A stretch of DNA of 44,627 nt, from assembly GCA_944359095.1 (NCBI GenBank), contig CALVSS010000002.1, positions 1-44,627 on the forward strand, in the 5' to 3' direction. The notes beneath the pieces were generated by a model. That model was not told the origin of the DNA, searched no databases, and saw only the letters and a program-made list of their open reading frames with translations. This DNA comes from an uncultured Bacilli bacterium (lineage in GTDB: Bacteria; Bacillota_I; Bacilli_A; RF39; UBA660). Position numbers and translations under genes: made by a program. This document shows positions 16,578 through 26,511 of the stretch, piece by piece. Position 1 is the first letter of the stretch; each line of letters starts with the position of its first letter.

Positions 16578-18326
16578 TTACATTTTTTCTGGAACTTTTA
16601 TTGCTAAAATATCTAATAATAACATGTTTATATCATAAACAATTTTTGTTAATGTTAACCAAGATTTTTGAAGTTCTTTGTTTTCTTCTGTTAAAATTCT
16701 ATTTTCTGCGTAAAATTTATTATATAAAGATGTAAGTTTATAAATATATTCTGTGATGTCATTTAAACTTCTAGAATCTAGGGCTTTATCTAAAACTATT
16801 GGTAATCTTAAAATCGTTAGGGCTATATCTTTTTCTGTTTCTGTTTTAAATTGAGTTATTTTACCGATATTTAAAGTACTTCCCTTATCTAATAACGATT
16901 TCATACGGATTGTTGAATATAATAAATATGGTCCTGTTTTTCCTTCTAAGTCTGCAAACTTTTCTGGATCAAAGATATAATCTGTTCCTCTATATGGAAG
17001 TAAATCTGCATATTTTAGGGCAGCAATTGCTACTTCTTCGGCAACTTCTTCTCTCTTTGATTCTTCTACAGTATCTGGATTGATTTTTTTTCTTGTTACT
17101 TCTTCTACTAGAGCAATTAGATTTTTTAAACTCATAACTCCACCATCACGAGTTTTAAATGGTTTTCCGTCTTTTCCATTCATTGTACCAAAGCCAATAT
17201 GTTCTAAGCCAACGTTATCATCTACTAATTTTACTTTTCTAGCAGCTCTAAATACTTGTTCAAAGTGTAATCCTTGACGAGCATCAACACAATACCAAAT
17301 TTCGTCTGGATTTAGTTCTTTTTTTCTTTGAAGAATAGTTGCTAAATCCGTTGTTTCATAAGATATTGTTCCGTTAGAACGTTTGAATAATAGTGGTGGC
17401 ATAGGTGATTTATCTGTTTCCTCTTTTACTTCTACAACTTGAGCTCCTTCACTTTCGGTTAAAGCATTTTGTTGTTCATAGATTTCAGTTAATTCATCTA
17501 TATATTCTGCAGCATCACTTTCTCCTAGCCATAATTCAAAATTTACATTTAATTTATCGTAGACTTGTTTAATATCATTTTTAGAAATTTCTACTACTTT
17601 TTTCCATAAATCATAATATCCTCTTTCATGATTTTGGATTTTATATGTAATATCTCTTGCTTCTTCTAGGTATTCTTCGTCTTCTTTGGACTTATTTGAG
17701 GCAAATGGATAGATTTCTTCTAAGTCTTTATTTGTTATTGTCAATTTAATTTCACTATAATCTCCCTTATATGAAGTATCAAAATAAGCTAAATTAGGAT
17801 ATCTTTTCTTAATTTCTAATACAACTAATCCTAGTGGTCTACCATAATCTCCTAAATGGGCATCTCCTATTACTTCATATCCTAGGGCTTTAGCTAATCT
17901 CTTTAGGGCTTCTCCAATATTAGCACTTCTTAAATGACCAACATGTAAGGCTTTTGCTACATTTGCTCCACCATAATCTAGTACTACTTTTTTCTTTGGT
18001 CGCTTATCTATATTTAAACTTTTATCTTCATATATTTTAGTTAATAGTTCACCTAAATACTCATCTGTTAAAGTAATATTAATAAATCCAGGTCCAGCTA
18101 TATTTAAATTTGTAAATCTTCCATCTTCTTCTAATACTTTTACGATATCTTGGGCAATGATTCTAGGATTCTTTTTATATATTTTTGCTAAATTCATAGC
18201 GTCATTTAATTGAAATTGCCCTAAATCTCTTCTTCCAGATGGTTGCAATATTACGTTTTCTTCTTGATATCCAGTTTTTTCTACGATTTTTTTCATATTT
18301 TTATTTAAGTCTTTTATTATACTCAT
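16578..18326 (-). CDS. argS: Arginyl-tRNA synthetase
   Basis: 582 aa class I synthetase. HIGH-type motif (AKALHVGHLRS), plus anticodon-binding domain length and order. Confidence 0.95.
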   Translation of the reverse strand: MSIIKDLNKNMKKIVEKTGYQEENVILQPSGRRDLGQFQLNDAMNLAKIYKKNPRIIAQDIVKVLEEDGRFTNLNIAGPGFINITLTDEYLGELLTKIYEDKSLNIDKRPKKKVVLDYGGANVAKALHVGHLRSANIGEALKRLAKALGYEVIGDAHLGDYGRPLGLVVLEIKKRYPNLAYFDTSYKGDYSEIKLTITNKDLEEIYPFASNKSKEDEEYLEEARDITYKIQNHERGYYDLWKKVVEISKNDIKQVYDKLNVNFELWLGESDAAEYIDELTEIYEQQNALTESEGAQVVEVKEETDKSPMPPLLFKRSNGTISYETTDLATILQRKKELNPDEIWYCVDARQGLHFEQVFRAARKVKLVDDNVGLEHIGFGTMNGKDGKPFKTRDGGVMSLKNLIALVEEVTRKKINPDTVEESKREEVAEEVAIAALKYADLLPYRGTDYIFDPEKFADLEGKTGPYLLYSTIRMKSLLDKGSTLNIGKITQFKTETEKDIALTILRLPIVLDKALDSRSLNDITEYIYKLTSLYNKFYAENRILTEENKELQKSWLTLTKIVYDINMLLLDILAIKVPEKM

Positions 18327-18679
18327 TCTATCACCTCTAATTGATATTTATATTCTTCATTTTCTAATTGATAATCTATTTTAATATTTTTTGCTTCTTT
18401 TATAATATTTTTTGTATTTATTGATAAATTTAATTCTTTTTTTAAGCTTTTCATCATTATTTTTCCCGTTGTTATCTTTTCTTTGGTAAATGGATATTCC
18501 ATCCATAGTTCATCATTTTCTCGTCGGAGTTTTAAATCATTTAATTCTAATTGAACCATTGTATTATTTTCTTCTTTATATACTATCTTATTTTCGTTGG
18601 GATGATAAATAGCCTTATATTTTTTTTCAAGGATTGTATCTGGTGTTACTAATGTAACTTTTACGTTTATTTTGGGCAT
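18323..18679 (-). CDS. DUF1934 / YwiB-like beta-barrel protein
   Basis: 118 aa, translationally coupled to argS by a 4-nt overlap, the same position as ywiB in B. subtilis. Confidence 0.65.
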   Translation of the reverse strand: MPKINVKVTLVTPDTILEKKYKAIYHPNENKIVYKEENNTMVQLELNDLKLRRENDELWMEYPFTKEKITTGKIMMKSLKKELNLSINTKNIIKEAKNIKIDYQLENEEYKYQLEVIE

Positions 18680-18735
18680 TTTTTCACCCCTTTCAATTTC
18701 TAGATTAGATTATAACATAAAACTTTTATTTTGCA

Positions 18736-18759
18736 AATTAAAAAAGGCTTATGCCTTTT
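18736..18759 (-). terminator. Rho-independent terminator after the 258-aa hypothetical gene
   Basis: AAAAGGC (18742-18748) pairs with GCCTTTT (18753-18759), TTAT loop, then a T-run on the minus strand. Confidence 0.6.
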
Positions 18760-19525
18760 CTCTTGATATATATGTATATATTCCATCTTCTTCTTGTTCA
18801 AATGTATAAATATAATTTTCTGCTGTTGTCACTTTGGAATCATCCATGCTGGTTGTTGTCACTGTTTCATACAATTTTATTTGTTTTCCTATTTTTTCTG
18901 CTTTTGTTAATTCTTTTGTAGTTTCTACTGCTGATGAACCCCCAGCTTCTATTGCAAATAAAATATAAGCATCTAAAGATTGTACATATTTATATCTTCC
19001 TACTCCATATTTATCAGTAAACATAATTGTATTTAAATCTAAATTAGCTTGGGAACCATATAAGGTTTTATAGATTCTTTCTACTACATCTTTAGAAATC
19101 ATATTTTTTCCTTGACTATAACAATTACCTAGATTAGGATCTGTTTGATTTGGTACTTGAAAGCAAGAAATCATATCCATGTCAGATTCTTTAATATTAA
19201 CATATACTAATTCCATTTTATTTACTTCTGGCATGTTTTTGATGTCAATTTTAGCTTGACTCATTCCTTCTATTTCATACATCCAATATGGTGTATATTT
19301 ACTATTCATTCCCACTTCATTATATAAATTTTGAACAAGTCGATTATCTAAACTTAAATTTTCTTGCTTTTCTTCGCTTGAGGTATTTTCTTTTGGTAAA
19401 TTTTCTTTTTCTTTTGGTGTAGTAATATATAACTTATTATAGCCAATATACGTTAAACTTAGTAATAAACCTATTAGTAATATTATAATTAGGACTGTTT
19501 TTCCAGGACTTTTTTCTCTTTCCAT
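18749..19525 (-). CDS. Hypothetical membrane-anchored extracytoplasmic protein
   Basis: 258 aa with one N-terminal TM helix (TVLIIILLIGLLLSLTYIGY) and then a polar linker. I recognise no family motif. Confidence 0.6.
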   Translation of the reverse strand: MEREKSPGKTVLIIILLIGLLLSLTYIGYNKLYITTPKEKENLPKENTSSEEKQENLSLDNRLVQNLYNEVGMNSKYTPYWMYEIEGMSQAKIDIKNMPEVNKMELVYVNIKESDMDMISCFQVPNQTDPNLGNCYSQGKNMISKDVVERIYKTLYGSQANLDLNTIMFTDKYGVGRYKYVQSLDAYILFAIEAGGSSAVETTKELTKAEKIGKQIKLYETVTTTSMDDSKVTTAENYIYTFEQEEDGIYTYISREKA

Positions 19526-19627
19526 AACTTTCTCCTTACCTTTTCTTTTATTATACCTTTTTTTTACTTTTTTTGATACATATTTTTTTAAGATATTTCA
19601 GATAATAGTAAAGAAAGGAAGGATTTC

Positions 19628-21601
19628 ATGCGTTTTTTTAGAAAATTAGCTAAATTATCGATGATTATTTTTGTTGTTATTTTACTTATTTACTTGGGTA
19701 TATATTTATATGTTAAATTATCACCAAAAGTAGTAATTAATACTACTAATAGTGTTTTTCTATATGATAAAAATGAAGAAGTCTTTTTTCAGGGAAATGA
19801 TGAGAAAGAATGGGTATCACTTGATGATATATCCCCTTATGTTATTGATGCTACTATCTATACTGAAGATAAGAATTTTTATAAACATCATGGATTTGAC
19901 TATTTAAGAATTTTAAAGGCCTTATATGTTAACCTAACTGCAGGTTCTACTAAGCAGGGTGCTTCTACTATTACTCAACAGTATGCTAAAAATTTGTTTT
20001 TATCTTTTGATAAAACTTGGAAAAGAAAATGGGACGAAATGTGGTATACCATTAAAATTGAAGCTAATTATTCTAAAGATGAAATATTAGAAGGTTATTT
20101 AAATACTATTAATTATGGTCATGGAATGTATGGTATTGAAAATGCTAGTAAATATTATTTTGGTAAATCTGCTAGTGAACTAGATTTGGCTGAAGCAACG
20201 ATTTTAACAGGAATACCAAAATCTCCTTCTAATTATTCTCCTTTAATTAATCTTGATGCTGCGAAAGAAAGGCAATTATTAATTTTAAATACACTTGTAG
20301 AAAACGGTATTATTTCGGAAAAAGAAAAGAATAAAGCATATGATGAAGAACTCGTTTTCTTAGGTAAAGAAGACCGTGAAGAATTAACGACTGTTATGTA
20401 TTATCATGATGCGGTTATGGATGAATTAGAGACTATTGATAGTATTCCAAAATCTTATTCTGATACTAGTGGATTAAAAATCTATACTAATTTGGATTGG
20501 GATTTGCAAAAGAAAGTGGAAGAGAATATTAAAGAGTCTATTCCAGAAGACTCTGATATTCAGACTTCTGTTGTTTTAATGGATCCTAATACTGGTGGTG
20601 TTTTGGCCTTAGTTGGTGGAAAAAATTATAATGAATCTTCGTATAATCGAGCTACTGATTCTTTAAGACAAGTGGGTTCTACGATGAAACCATATCTTTA
20701 TTATGCTGCTTTAGAAAATGGATTTACTTCCAGTTCTTCTTTTACTAGTGAAGAGACTACGTTTGTTTTTAATAATCAAGAAGATTATACTCCGCAAAAT
20801 TATAATAAAACGTATGGTAACAAACCTATTTCTATGGGTACTGCTATTGCCTATTCAGAAAATATTTATGCTGTTAAAACTCATCTTTTTTTAGGAGGAG
20901 ATGCGTTAATTAATGTTGCTAGAAGAGTTGGTATTACTTCTAAATTAGAAAATGTTCCTTCTTTACCACTTGGTACCAATGAAATTAATATTTTAGAGAT
21001 GGCGGCTGGATATTCTGCTTTTGCTAATTTAGGATATAAAGTTGAACCTCATTTTATTGAAAAAGTTGTAGATTCCGATGGAAAGGTTTTATATGAAGCG
21101 AAAAACAAAAAAGATGCTGTTTTAAATCCTAGTATTACATTTATTTTAAACAATTTATTAACTGCTACTTATGATCCTGATTATATCGATTATAATTATC
21201 CAACGGCTATTGGTCTTTCTTCTAAACTTACTCATAAATATGCTTTAAAGAGTGGAACAACTGAAACGGATAATTGGGATATTGGGTTTAATAAGAATGT
21301 GGTTTGTGCCGTTTGGGTTGGTTATGATGATAATCAAGCTTTAAAAACTAGTGAATATAAATATGCACAAAATATTTGGTATCAATCAATTGAATATTAT
21401 GAGCGAAATGTTGATAGTAATGATGGTTGGTATGAAATGCCTAGTAATGTTTCTGCGGTATTAGTAGAACCAATTTCTGGTCGTTTAGCAACTGATACGG
21501 ATAAGAAAAAGAAAATGATGTATTTTATTAAAGGAACAGAACCAACTAGTAGTGAACAAGAAGTTTTTGATGAAAAAGTTGATGGTAGTTATCCTTCTTG
21601 A
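19628..21601 (+). CDS. Class A penicillin-binding protein (bifunctional glycosyltransferase/transpeptidase, PBP1A type)
   Basis: GT51 motifs EDKNFYKHHGFD and GASTITQQ. Transpeptidase motifs STMKP, SEN and KSGT. Confidence 0.9.
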   Translation: MRFFRKLAKLSMIIFVVILLIYLGIYLYVKLSPKVVINTTNSVFLYDKNEEVFFQGNDEKEWVSLDDISPYVIDATIYTEDKNFYKHHGFDYLRILKALYVNLTAGSTKQGASTITQQYAKNLFLSFDKTWKRKWDEMWYTIKIEANYSKDEILEGYLNTINYGHGMYGIENASKYYFGKSASELDLAEATILTGIPKSPSNYSPLINLDAAKERQLLILNTLVENGIISEKEKNKAYDEELVFLGKEDREELTTVMYYHDAVMDELETIDSIPKSYSDTSGLKIYTNLDWDLQKKVEENIKESIPEDSDIQTSVVLMDPNTGGVLALVGGKNYNESSYNRATDSLRQVGSTMKPYLYYAALENGFTSSSSFTSEETTFVFNNQEDYTPQNYNKTYGNKPISMGTAIAYSENIYAVKTHLFLGGDALINVARRVGITSKLENVPSLPLGTNEINILEMAAGYSAFANLGYKVEPHFIEKVVDSDGKVLYEAKNKKDAVLNPSITFILNNLLTATYDPDYIDYNYPTAIGLSSKLTHKYALKSGTTETDNWDIGFNKNVVCAVWVGYDDNQALKTSEYKYAQNIWYQSIEYYERNVDSNDGWYEMPSNVSAVLVEPISGRLATDTDKKKKMMYFIKGTEPTSSEQEVFDEKVDGSYPS

Positions 21602-21607
21602 CATTTC

Positions 21608-21636
21608 TTGACATTAATCAATATTTTTGGTATAAT
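21608..21636 (+). promoter_or_regulatory. Perfect consensus sigma-A promoter with extended -10
   Basis: TTGACA (21608-21613), 17-bp spacer, TG at 21628-21629, TATAAT (21631-21636). Lies 29 nt upstream of the ATG at 21665. Confidence 0.7.
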
Positions 21637-21664
21637 ATACAACACTTGAAGAAGGGAATTCGTT

Positions 21665-22966
21665 ATGTATAAAAATTTAGATGATTTTTTTCGTCATGTT
21701 CAAAATCCATTAGATAGTAAAGATAGTATTTCTTCTTTAGTAGATATTTACTCTTCTTTACATGATTTTAATGGAAATTTTTATGCTAAATTAAAAAAAG
21801 TAAATTCTGTTAATGGTGGCTTTTATAACTTGGATGAAAAAAATGATTTTTTTGTTAGTTTATTTAATTGTTGGAAAGATATTATTCTTCACTCTAGTTT
21901 TTCTAAAGATCATAGACTAGATTCTTTTAAGAAATCTTTAGAAACTTTTCCTAATAGTAATAATATATTTGAAATTAAAGAATTATTATCAAATGAAGAA
22001 ATAAAAAACTATACTAATAGCTTCTTAAATACTGATTCTTCTTGGGTATGTATGGACTCTTTTCAAATTCATGAATTAGATTCTTTCCAACAACTACTTC
22101 CTTATGATGTGGAGCACCGTCTTTATATTAATATTGATTTGTGTAGTATTCATAAGTTAGGTAAATTGTTTTTTGAGCAATGTGAAAAGTCTCACTTACC
22201 TTATCACTTTAAATTTAGACAAGATGATGAGCGAGATGATTCTTTTGTTGTTTATTCTGATTCTAATCATTTATTAACTTATTATCATTTATTAGAAGAA
22301 ATTATAAATAAGCATCCTGATTTAAAAGAACATATTCATCGTCCTCCTCTTCTTACTGGAGTTGTTGATGAGTGGATAGGCTATGGTTCAGAATTTATGA
22401 TTCCTAGTCAATCTTATAATTCTATTCGAGCATATATTGTTCAGAAAGTATTACAAAAGGAATTTAAAGAAATTATTACTGAAAAGCCCAATTTGCCATT
22501 AAAAATTAATCGAAAATCAACTACTCTTATTGATGAAATTACTTCTAGGATAATCAGTAATAAAATTTCTATGCTTACAAATATTAACTCTATCTATTTT
22601 TTTGATACATATGGAATTAAGCCTGCTAATTTAAAAAAGAGAACTTTTTTAATTCCTTTCTATTATAAGATTAAAAAGACTATTCTTAATGACTTAAAAA
22701 AAAGTAATTGGGATTTTTCTAATCTTTCTTATAAATCTATCAAAATTAGTGATAGTGAATTTTATCAGAGTTTCTTTTCTACTTTTCCTGATATTTTAAA
22801 AAATTATCCAGAAGTAAACTTAGAAATTAAAAATTCCATTGTTAAAGAAGCTAAAACAGTTGGTATTTCTGATAAAAATTTTTGTTTTAATGTTTTTTCT
22901 ACTTGGAATTTGTCTCATGAACAGTCTGACAATAATTCTCAAAAAACTTATTATCTTTCTAAATAA
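21665..22966 (+). CDS. Hypothetical cytoplasmic protein, 433 aa, no family assigned
   Basis: Long intact ORF with its own promoter and terminator. No TM helix or signal peptide. Confidence 0.7.
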   Translation: MYKNLDDFFRHVQNPLDSKDSISSLVDIYSSLHDFNGNFYAKLKKVNSVNGGFYNLDEKNDFFVSLFNCWKDIILHSSFSKDHRLDSFKKSLETFPNSNNIFEIKELLSNEEIKNYTNSFLNTDSSWVCMDSFQIHELDSFQQLLPYDVEHRLYINIDLCSIHKLGKLFFEQCEKSHLPYHFKFRQDDERDDSFVVYSDSNHLLTYYHLLEEIINKHPDLKEHIHRPPLLTGVVDEWIGYGSEFMIPSQSYNSIRAYIVQKVLQKEFKEIITEKPNLPLKINRKSTTLIDEITSRIISNKISMLTNINSIYFFDTYGIKPANLKKRTFLIPFYYKIKKTILNDLKKSNWDFSNLSYKSIKISDSEFYQSFFSTFPDILKNYPEVNLEIKNSIVKEAKTVGISDKNFCFNVFSTWNLSHEQSDNNSQKTYYLSK

Positions 22967-22990
22967 GGCCTTGGGCCTTTTTTATTTTTC
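22965..22990 (+). terminator. Rho-independent terminator after the 433-aa ORF
   Basis: AAGGCC (22965-22970) pairs with GGCCTT (22974-22979), then TTTTATTTTT. Confidence 0.7.
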
Positions 22991-23052
22991 TGTTTACTTT
23001 CTTCCTTTTTCTTTCCTAATTTGTTATAATTATATTATCCGGGGTGATGCTA

Positions 23053-23586
23053 ATGATAGAATATATTTTAGGTGGTATTGTTTTAGTTTCTCTATTAGGA
23101 ATTGTAATTATTGTATATCATAATAAATTTCGTATTTCTGTAGTTAAGATGGAAGAAGCTGAAAATAATATTGACTTATTTTTACAAAAGAAATTAGATT
23201 TATTAAAAAGAGGAAAACAAATTGTGATTAAAGAACTAAAATTAGAAAGTTTTTTAGATCAACTTGATAGTGAGACTGTTTCAGAACTTAATCATTTTGA
23301 ATTAAATGACTTATTAAAACGTTCTTATAATGATTTTTTTCAATTATTAGATGAAAACGAAAAATTGTTTAAGAGTGAATCTTTATCTCATATTATAAAT
23401 GATATTAATGATAATGAAATTGATTTGGTTGCTGCTATTAAGTTTTATAATGATTCTGTTGTTGTTTTTAATCAATTGATTGTTAGTTTTCCGTCTAATA
23501 TTATTAGATTATTCTTTGGATATCGTAAAAAAGAGTTTTATAATCATGAAAAAAGAGAAATTTATGAAATATTAAAGGAAAATTAA
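23053..23586 (+). CDS. lemA: LemA family membrane protein
   Basis: N-terminal TM helix, then the LemA helical domain ending in YNDSVVVFNQLIVSFPSNII. Start set at ATG 23053, 5 nt after GGTGAT. The ORF track starts at GTG 23044. Confidence 0.85.
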   Translation: MIEYILGGIVLVSLLGIVIIVYHNKFRISVVKMEEAENNIDLFLQKKLDLLKRGKQIVIKELKLESFLDQLDSETVSELNHFELNDLLKRSYNDFFQLLDENEKLFKSESLSHIINDINDNEIDLVAAIKFYNDSVVVFNQLIVSFPSNIIRLFFGYRKKEFYNHEKREIYEILKEN

Positions 23587-23597
23587 AGGAGGGTATT

Positions 23598-24593
23598 ATG
23601 TCATTTATTGAATCTATTAAAGAAAGAGCTAAGAGTTCTAAAAAGACTATTGTTTTACCTGAAACTATGGATCGTAGAGTTTTAGAAGCTGCTGAAGAAA
23701 TTTTACATGAAGGAATTGCTAATATTATTTTATTAGGTAAAGATGAAGATATTCGAGAAAAGAGTCGAGGTTTTGATATTAGTGGAGCAACTATTATTAA
23801 TCCTTTTACTTCTCCTTTGACTGAAGAATTAATTGAAAAATTAGTAGAAATTAGAAAAAATAAAAATCTAACGTATGATGAAGCTAAAAAATTATTATTA
23901 GAAGACTATATGTATTATGCATGTATGCTTGTTAAAACTGGTAGAGCTGATGGTGTTGTTAGTGGTGCTTGTCATTCTACTGCTAATACTTTAAGACCTG
24001 CTTTACAAATTATTAAAACTAAGCCTGGAGTAATGTTAGTTTCTGCCTTTTTCTTAATGGTAGTTCCAAACTGTAAATATGGAGATCGTGGTACTTTTAT
24101 TTTTGCAGATAGTGGATTGGAACAAAATCCAACTCCAGAACGTTTAGCTGCTATTGCTGCTTCTAGTGCAGAATCTTTTAGGCTTTTAGATGGAAAAGTT
24201 CCTATTGTTGCTATGCTTTCTCATTCTACTAAGGGTAGTGCTTCTCATCCTGATGTTGATAAAGTAGTAGAGGCTGTTAAAATTGCTAAAGAAAAATATC
24301 CACAATATAAAATTGATGGTGAATTACAATTAGATGCTGCTATTGTTCCAGAAGTTGCTGCTTCTAAAGCACCACATAGTCCTGTTGCTGGCAGAGCTAA
24401 TGTTTTAATCTTTCCTGACTTAGATGCTGGAAATATTGGTTATAAATTAGTACAACGACTAGCTAAAGCCGAAGCTTATGGACCTATTACTCAGGGTATT
24501 GCTGCTCCTGTTAATGATTTATCTAGAGGTTGTTCTGCTGAAGATATCGTAGGTGTTGTTGCTATTACAGCTGTTCAAGCACAAAATAAATAA
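23598..24593 (+). CDS. pta: Phosphate acetyltransferase
   Basis: 331 aa with KTIVLPE...VSGA.HSTANTLRPALQIIKT...DLDAGNIGYKLVQR, the classic Pta core. Confidence 0.95.
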   Translation: MSFIESIKERAKSSKKTIVLPETMDRRVLEAAEEILHEGIANIILLGKDEDIREKSRGFDISGATIINPFTSPLTEELIEKLVEIRKNKNLTYDEAKKLLLEDYMYYACMLVKTGRADGVVSGACHSTANTLRPALQIIKTKPGVMLVSAFFLMVVPNCKYGDRGTFIFADSGLEQNPTPERLAAIAASSAESFRLLDGKVPIVAMLSHSTKGSASHPDVDKVVEAVKIAKEKYPQYKIDGELQLDAAIVPEVAASKAPHSPVAGRANVLIFPDLDAGNIGYKLVQRLAKAEAYGPITQGIAAPVNDLSRGCSAEDIVGVVAITAVQAQNK

Positions 24594-24622
24594 GACATGT
24601 TTTGAAGCATGTCCTTTTTTTT
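24594..24622. terminator. Terminator between convergent pta and ung
   Basis: GACATG (24594-24599) pairs with CATGTC (24608-24613), 8-nt loop, then 8 T on the plus strand and a T-rich run on the minus strand. Confidence 0.65.
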
Positions 24623-25283
24623 ATTCTACTCTCCAGTCTATAGGTTTTATGCCTTTACTTTTTAAAAACTCGTTTGTCTTAGAAAATGGTTTGCTACCAA
24701 AGAATCCATTATAAGCTGAAAATGGAGAAGGATGAGCAGACTCAATTACATAGTGAATTGGGTTAGTTATAAGTTTTTTCTTAGCTCTAGCATAACTGCC
24801 CCATAGAATAAAAACTACGGGTGTTGTCTTTTTATTAATTATTTCAATTACTTGGTCTGTAAATTGTTCCCAACCATGGCCTTTATGGGAAGTTGGTGTA
24901 TGTGCTTCTACAGTTAAGACTGAGTTTAATAGTAATACTCCTTCTTTTGCCCATGGTTTTAGTGAGTTATGTTTTGGAAATGGTATTCCTAAGTCACTTT
25001 CTAGTTCCTTAAAAATGTTTTTTAAAGATGGTGGTTTTAATACTTCATTGCTTACTGAAAACGATAATCCTTCTGCTTGATTTGGGCCATGATATGGATC
25101 TTGTCCTAATATGACAACCTTTACATTGTCAAAATCTGTATATCTAAAAGCATTAAAGACATCACTTCTTTTAGGATATACTGTTTTGGTTTTATATTCT
25201 TCTTTAATAAAATTCATTAAATTTTTAAAGTATTCTTTTTTATATTCTTCTTTTAATAATAAATCCCAAGTATTTCCTATCAT
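24621..25283 (-). CDS. ung: Uracil-DNA glycosylase (family 1)
   Basis: Contains GQDPYHGPNQAEGLSFSV and HPSPFSA motifs. Confidence 0.95.
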   Translation of the reverse strand: MIGNTWDLLLKEEYKKEYFKNLMNFIKEEYKTKTVYPKRSDVFNAFRYTDFDNVKVVILGQDPYHGPNQAEGLSFSVSNEVLKPPSLKNIFKELESDLGIPFPKHNSLKPWAKEGVLLLNSVLTVEAHTPTSHKGHGWEQFTDQVIEIINKKTTPVVFILWGSYARAKKKLITNPIHYVIESAHPSPFSAYNGFFGSKPFSKTNEFLKSKGIKPIDWRVE

Positions 25284-25297
25284 TTTATTACCTCCAT

Positions 25298-25753
25298 CTA
25301 TTTATGATAACTTTCATGATTCATAATTTTAAACGCTCTATATATTTGTTCTAATAATAGTACTCTGAACAGTTGATGGGGAAATGTTAATTTAGAAAAA
25401 GACAAATGAAATTTAGCTTTTTCTTTTATCGATTTTTCTATTCCATAACTTCCACCTATTATAAATGTTATATTACTATTTATCATTTGAATATCTTCTA
25501 GTTTTTTAGCTAGTTCTTCTGATGAAAGCTCCTTTCCTTCAATTTCTAGGGTAATTATGTAATCTTTTTCAGAGAGATGTTTCTTTATTTTTTCTCCTTC
25601 TTTTTCCATTGCTTGTAAAGGTGGTAATAGACCTTCATCTTTAATTTCTATCATTTCTATATCTGTATATTTTCTTAATCTTTTACTGTATTCTTCTACA
25701 GCTTCTTTTAAATACTTTTCTTTTAGTGATCCTACAGTTATTATTTTTATCAT
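25298..25753 (-). CDS. rlmH: 23S rRNA (pseudouridine1915-N3)-methyltransferase
   Basis: 151-aa SPOUT protein with IGGSYG and LSFSKLTFPHQL motifs. Confidence 0.9.
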   Translation of the reverse strand: MIKIITVGSLKEKYLKEAVEEYSKRLRKYTDIEMIEIKDEGLLPPLQAMEKEGEKIKKHLSEKDYIITLEIEGKELSSEELAKKLEDIQMINSNITFIIGGSYGIEKSIKEKAKFHLSFSKLTFPHQLFRVLLLEQIYRAFKIMNHESYHK

Positions 25754-25754
25754 A

Positions 25755-26510
25755 TTACACCTCTATCATTGGGCTTTCTTCTTTTTGCCTTGCGATTAAA
25801 ATATGAATTGGCGTTTCTCCTAATTCTTCATGAACTGCTTCTAAAGCTTTTTCTTCGGTATTATTTTTTTCACTTAAATGGGCAAGTACAATATACTGAG
25901 TATTTTTTCCTATTATTTTTTTTAAATATTTTGCTGTTGTTTTATTTGATAAGTGGCCTTTATCACTGATTACTCTTTCTTTTAAAAATCTTGGATAAGG
26001 TCCATCCATTAACATAACTTCATCATGATTGGATTCTATGATATAGATATCTTTTTCTGTCATTTTGGCTAGATACTTTCTATTAATATATCCTGTATCT
26101 GTAACATATACTAACGATTTATTATTATATGTAATAATATAGCCTACAGAACAAGTTGTATCGTGCGAAGTATGAATTAACTCTACTTCTACATCTTGGA
26201 TGTTAAATTTATCATCTACAAATTCACAACGATAAATTGGGACAATGTCTTTTAAATCTTCATACATTTTTTCTGGTATATAGACAGTTAAGTTGGTATG
26301 ACTAATTAATGATTTTAAACCATTAATATGATCTTTATGACTATGAGTAATTAATATTCCATTAAATTGTTCAAAAGAAAGGGAATTTTCTTCTAAACTC
26401 TTTTTTAGAGTTAAGTAGGAAATTCCCATATCTATAATAATATTTGTATTATCACATAATACAATTGAACAATTTCCTTTGGAACCACTAGCGATTGTTT
26501 TTACTTTCAT
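25755..26510 (-). CDS. Metallo-beta-lactamase fold hydrolase, WalJ/YycJ-like
   Basis: ITHSHKDHINGL (HxHxDH motif). Position immediately upstream of rlmH matches yycJ in Bacillus and Staphylococcus. Confidence 0.8.
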   Translation of the reverse strand: MKVKTIASGSKGNCSIVLCDNTNIIIDMGISYLTLKKSLEENSLSFEQFNGILITHSHKDHINGLKSLISHTNLTVYIPEKMYEDLKDIVPIYRCEFVDDKFNIQDVEVELIHTSHDTTCSVGYIITYNNKSLVYVTDTGYINRKYLAKMTEKDIYIIESNHDEVMLMDGPYPRFLKERVISDKGHLSNKTTAKYLKKIIGKNTQYIVLAHLSEKNNTEEKALEAVHEELGETPIHILIARQKEESPMIEV

Positions 26511-26511
26511 T

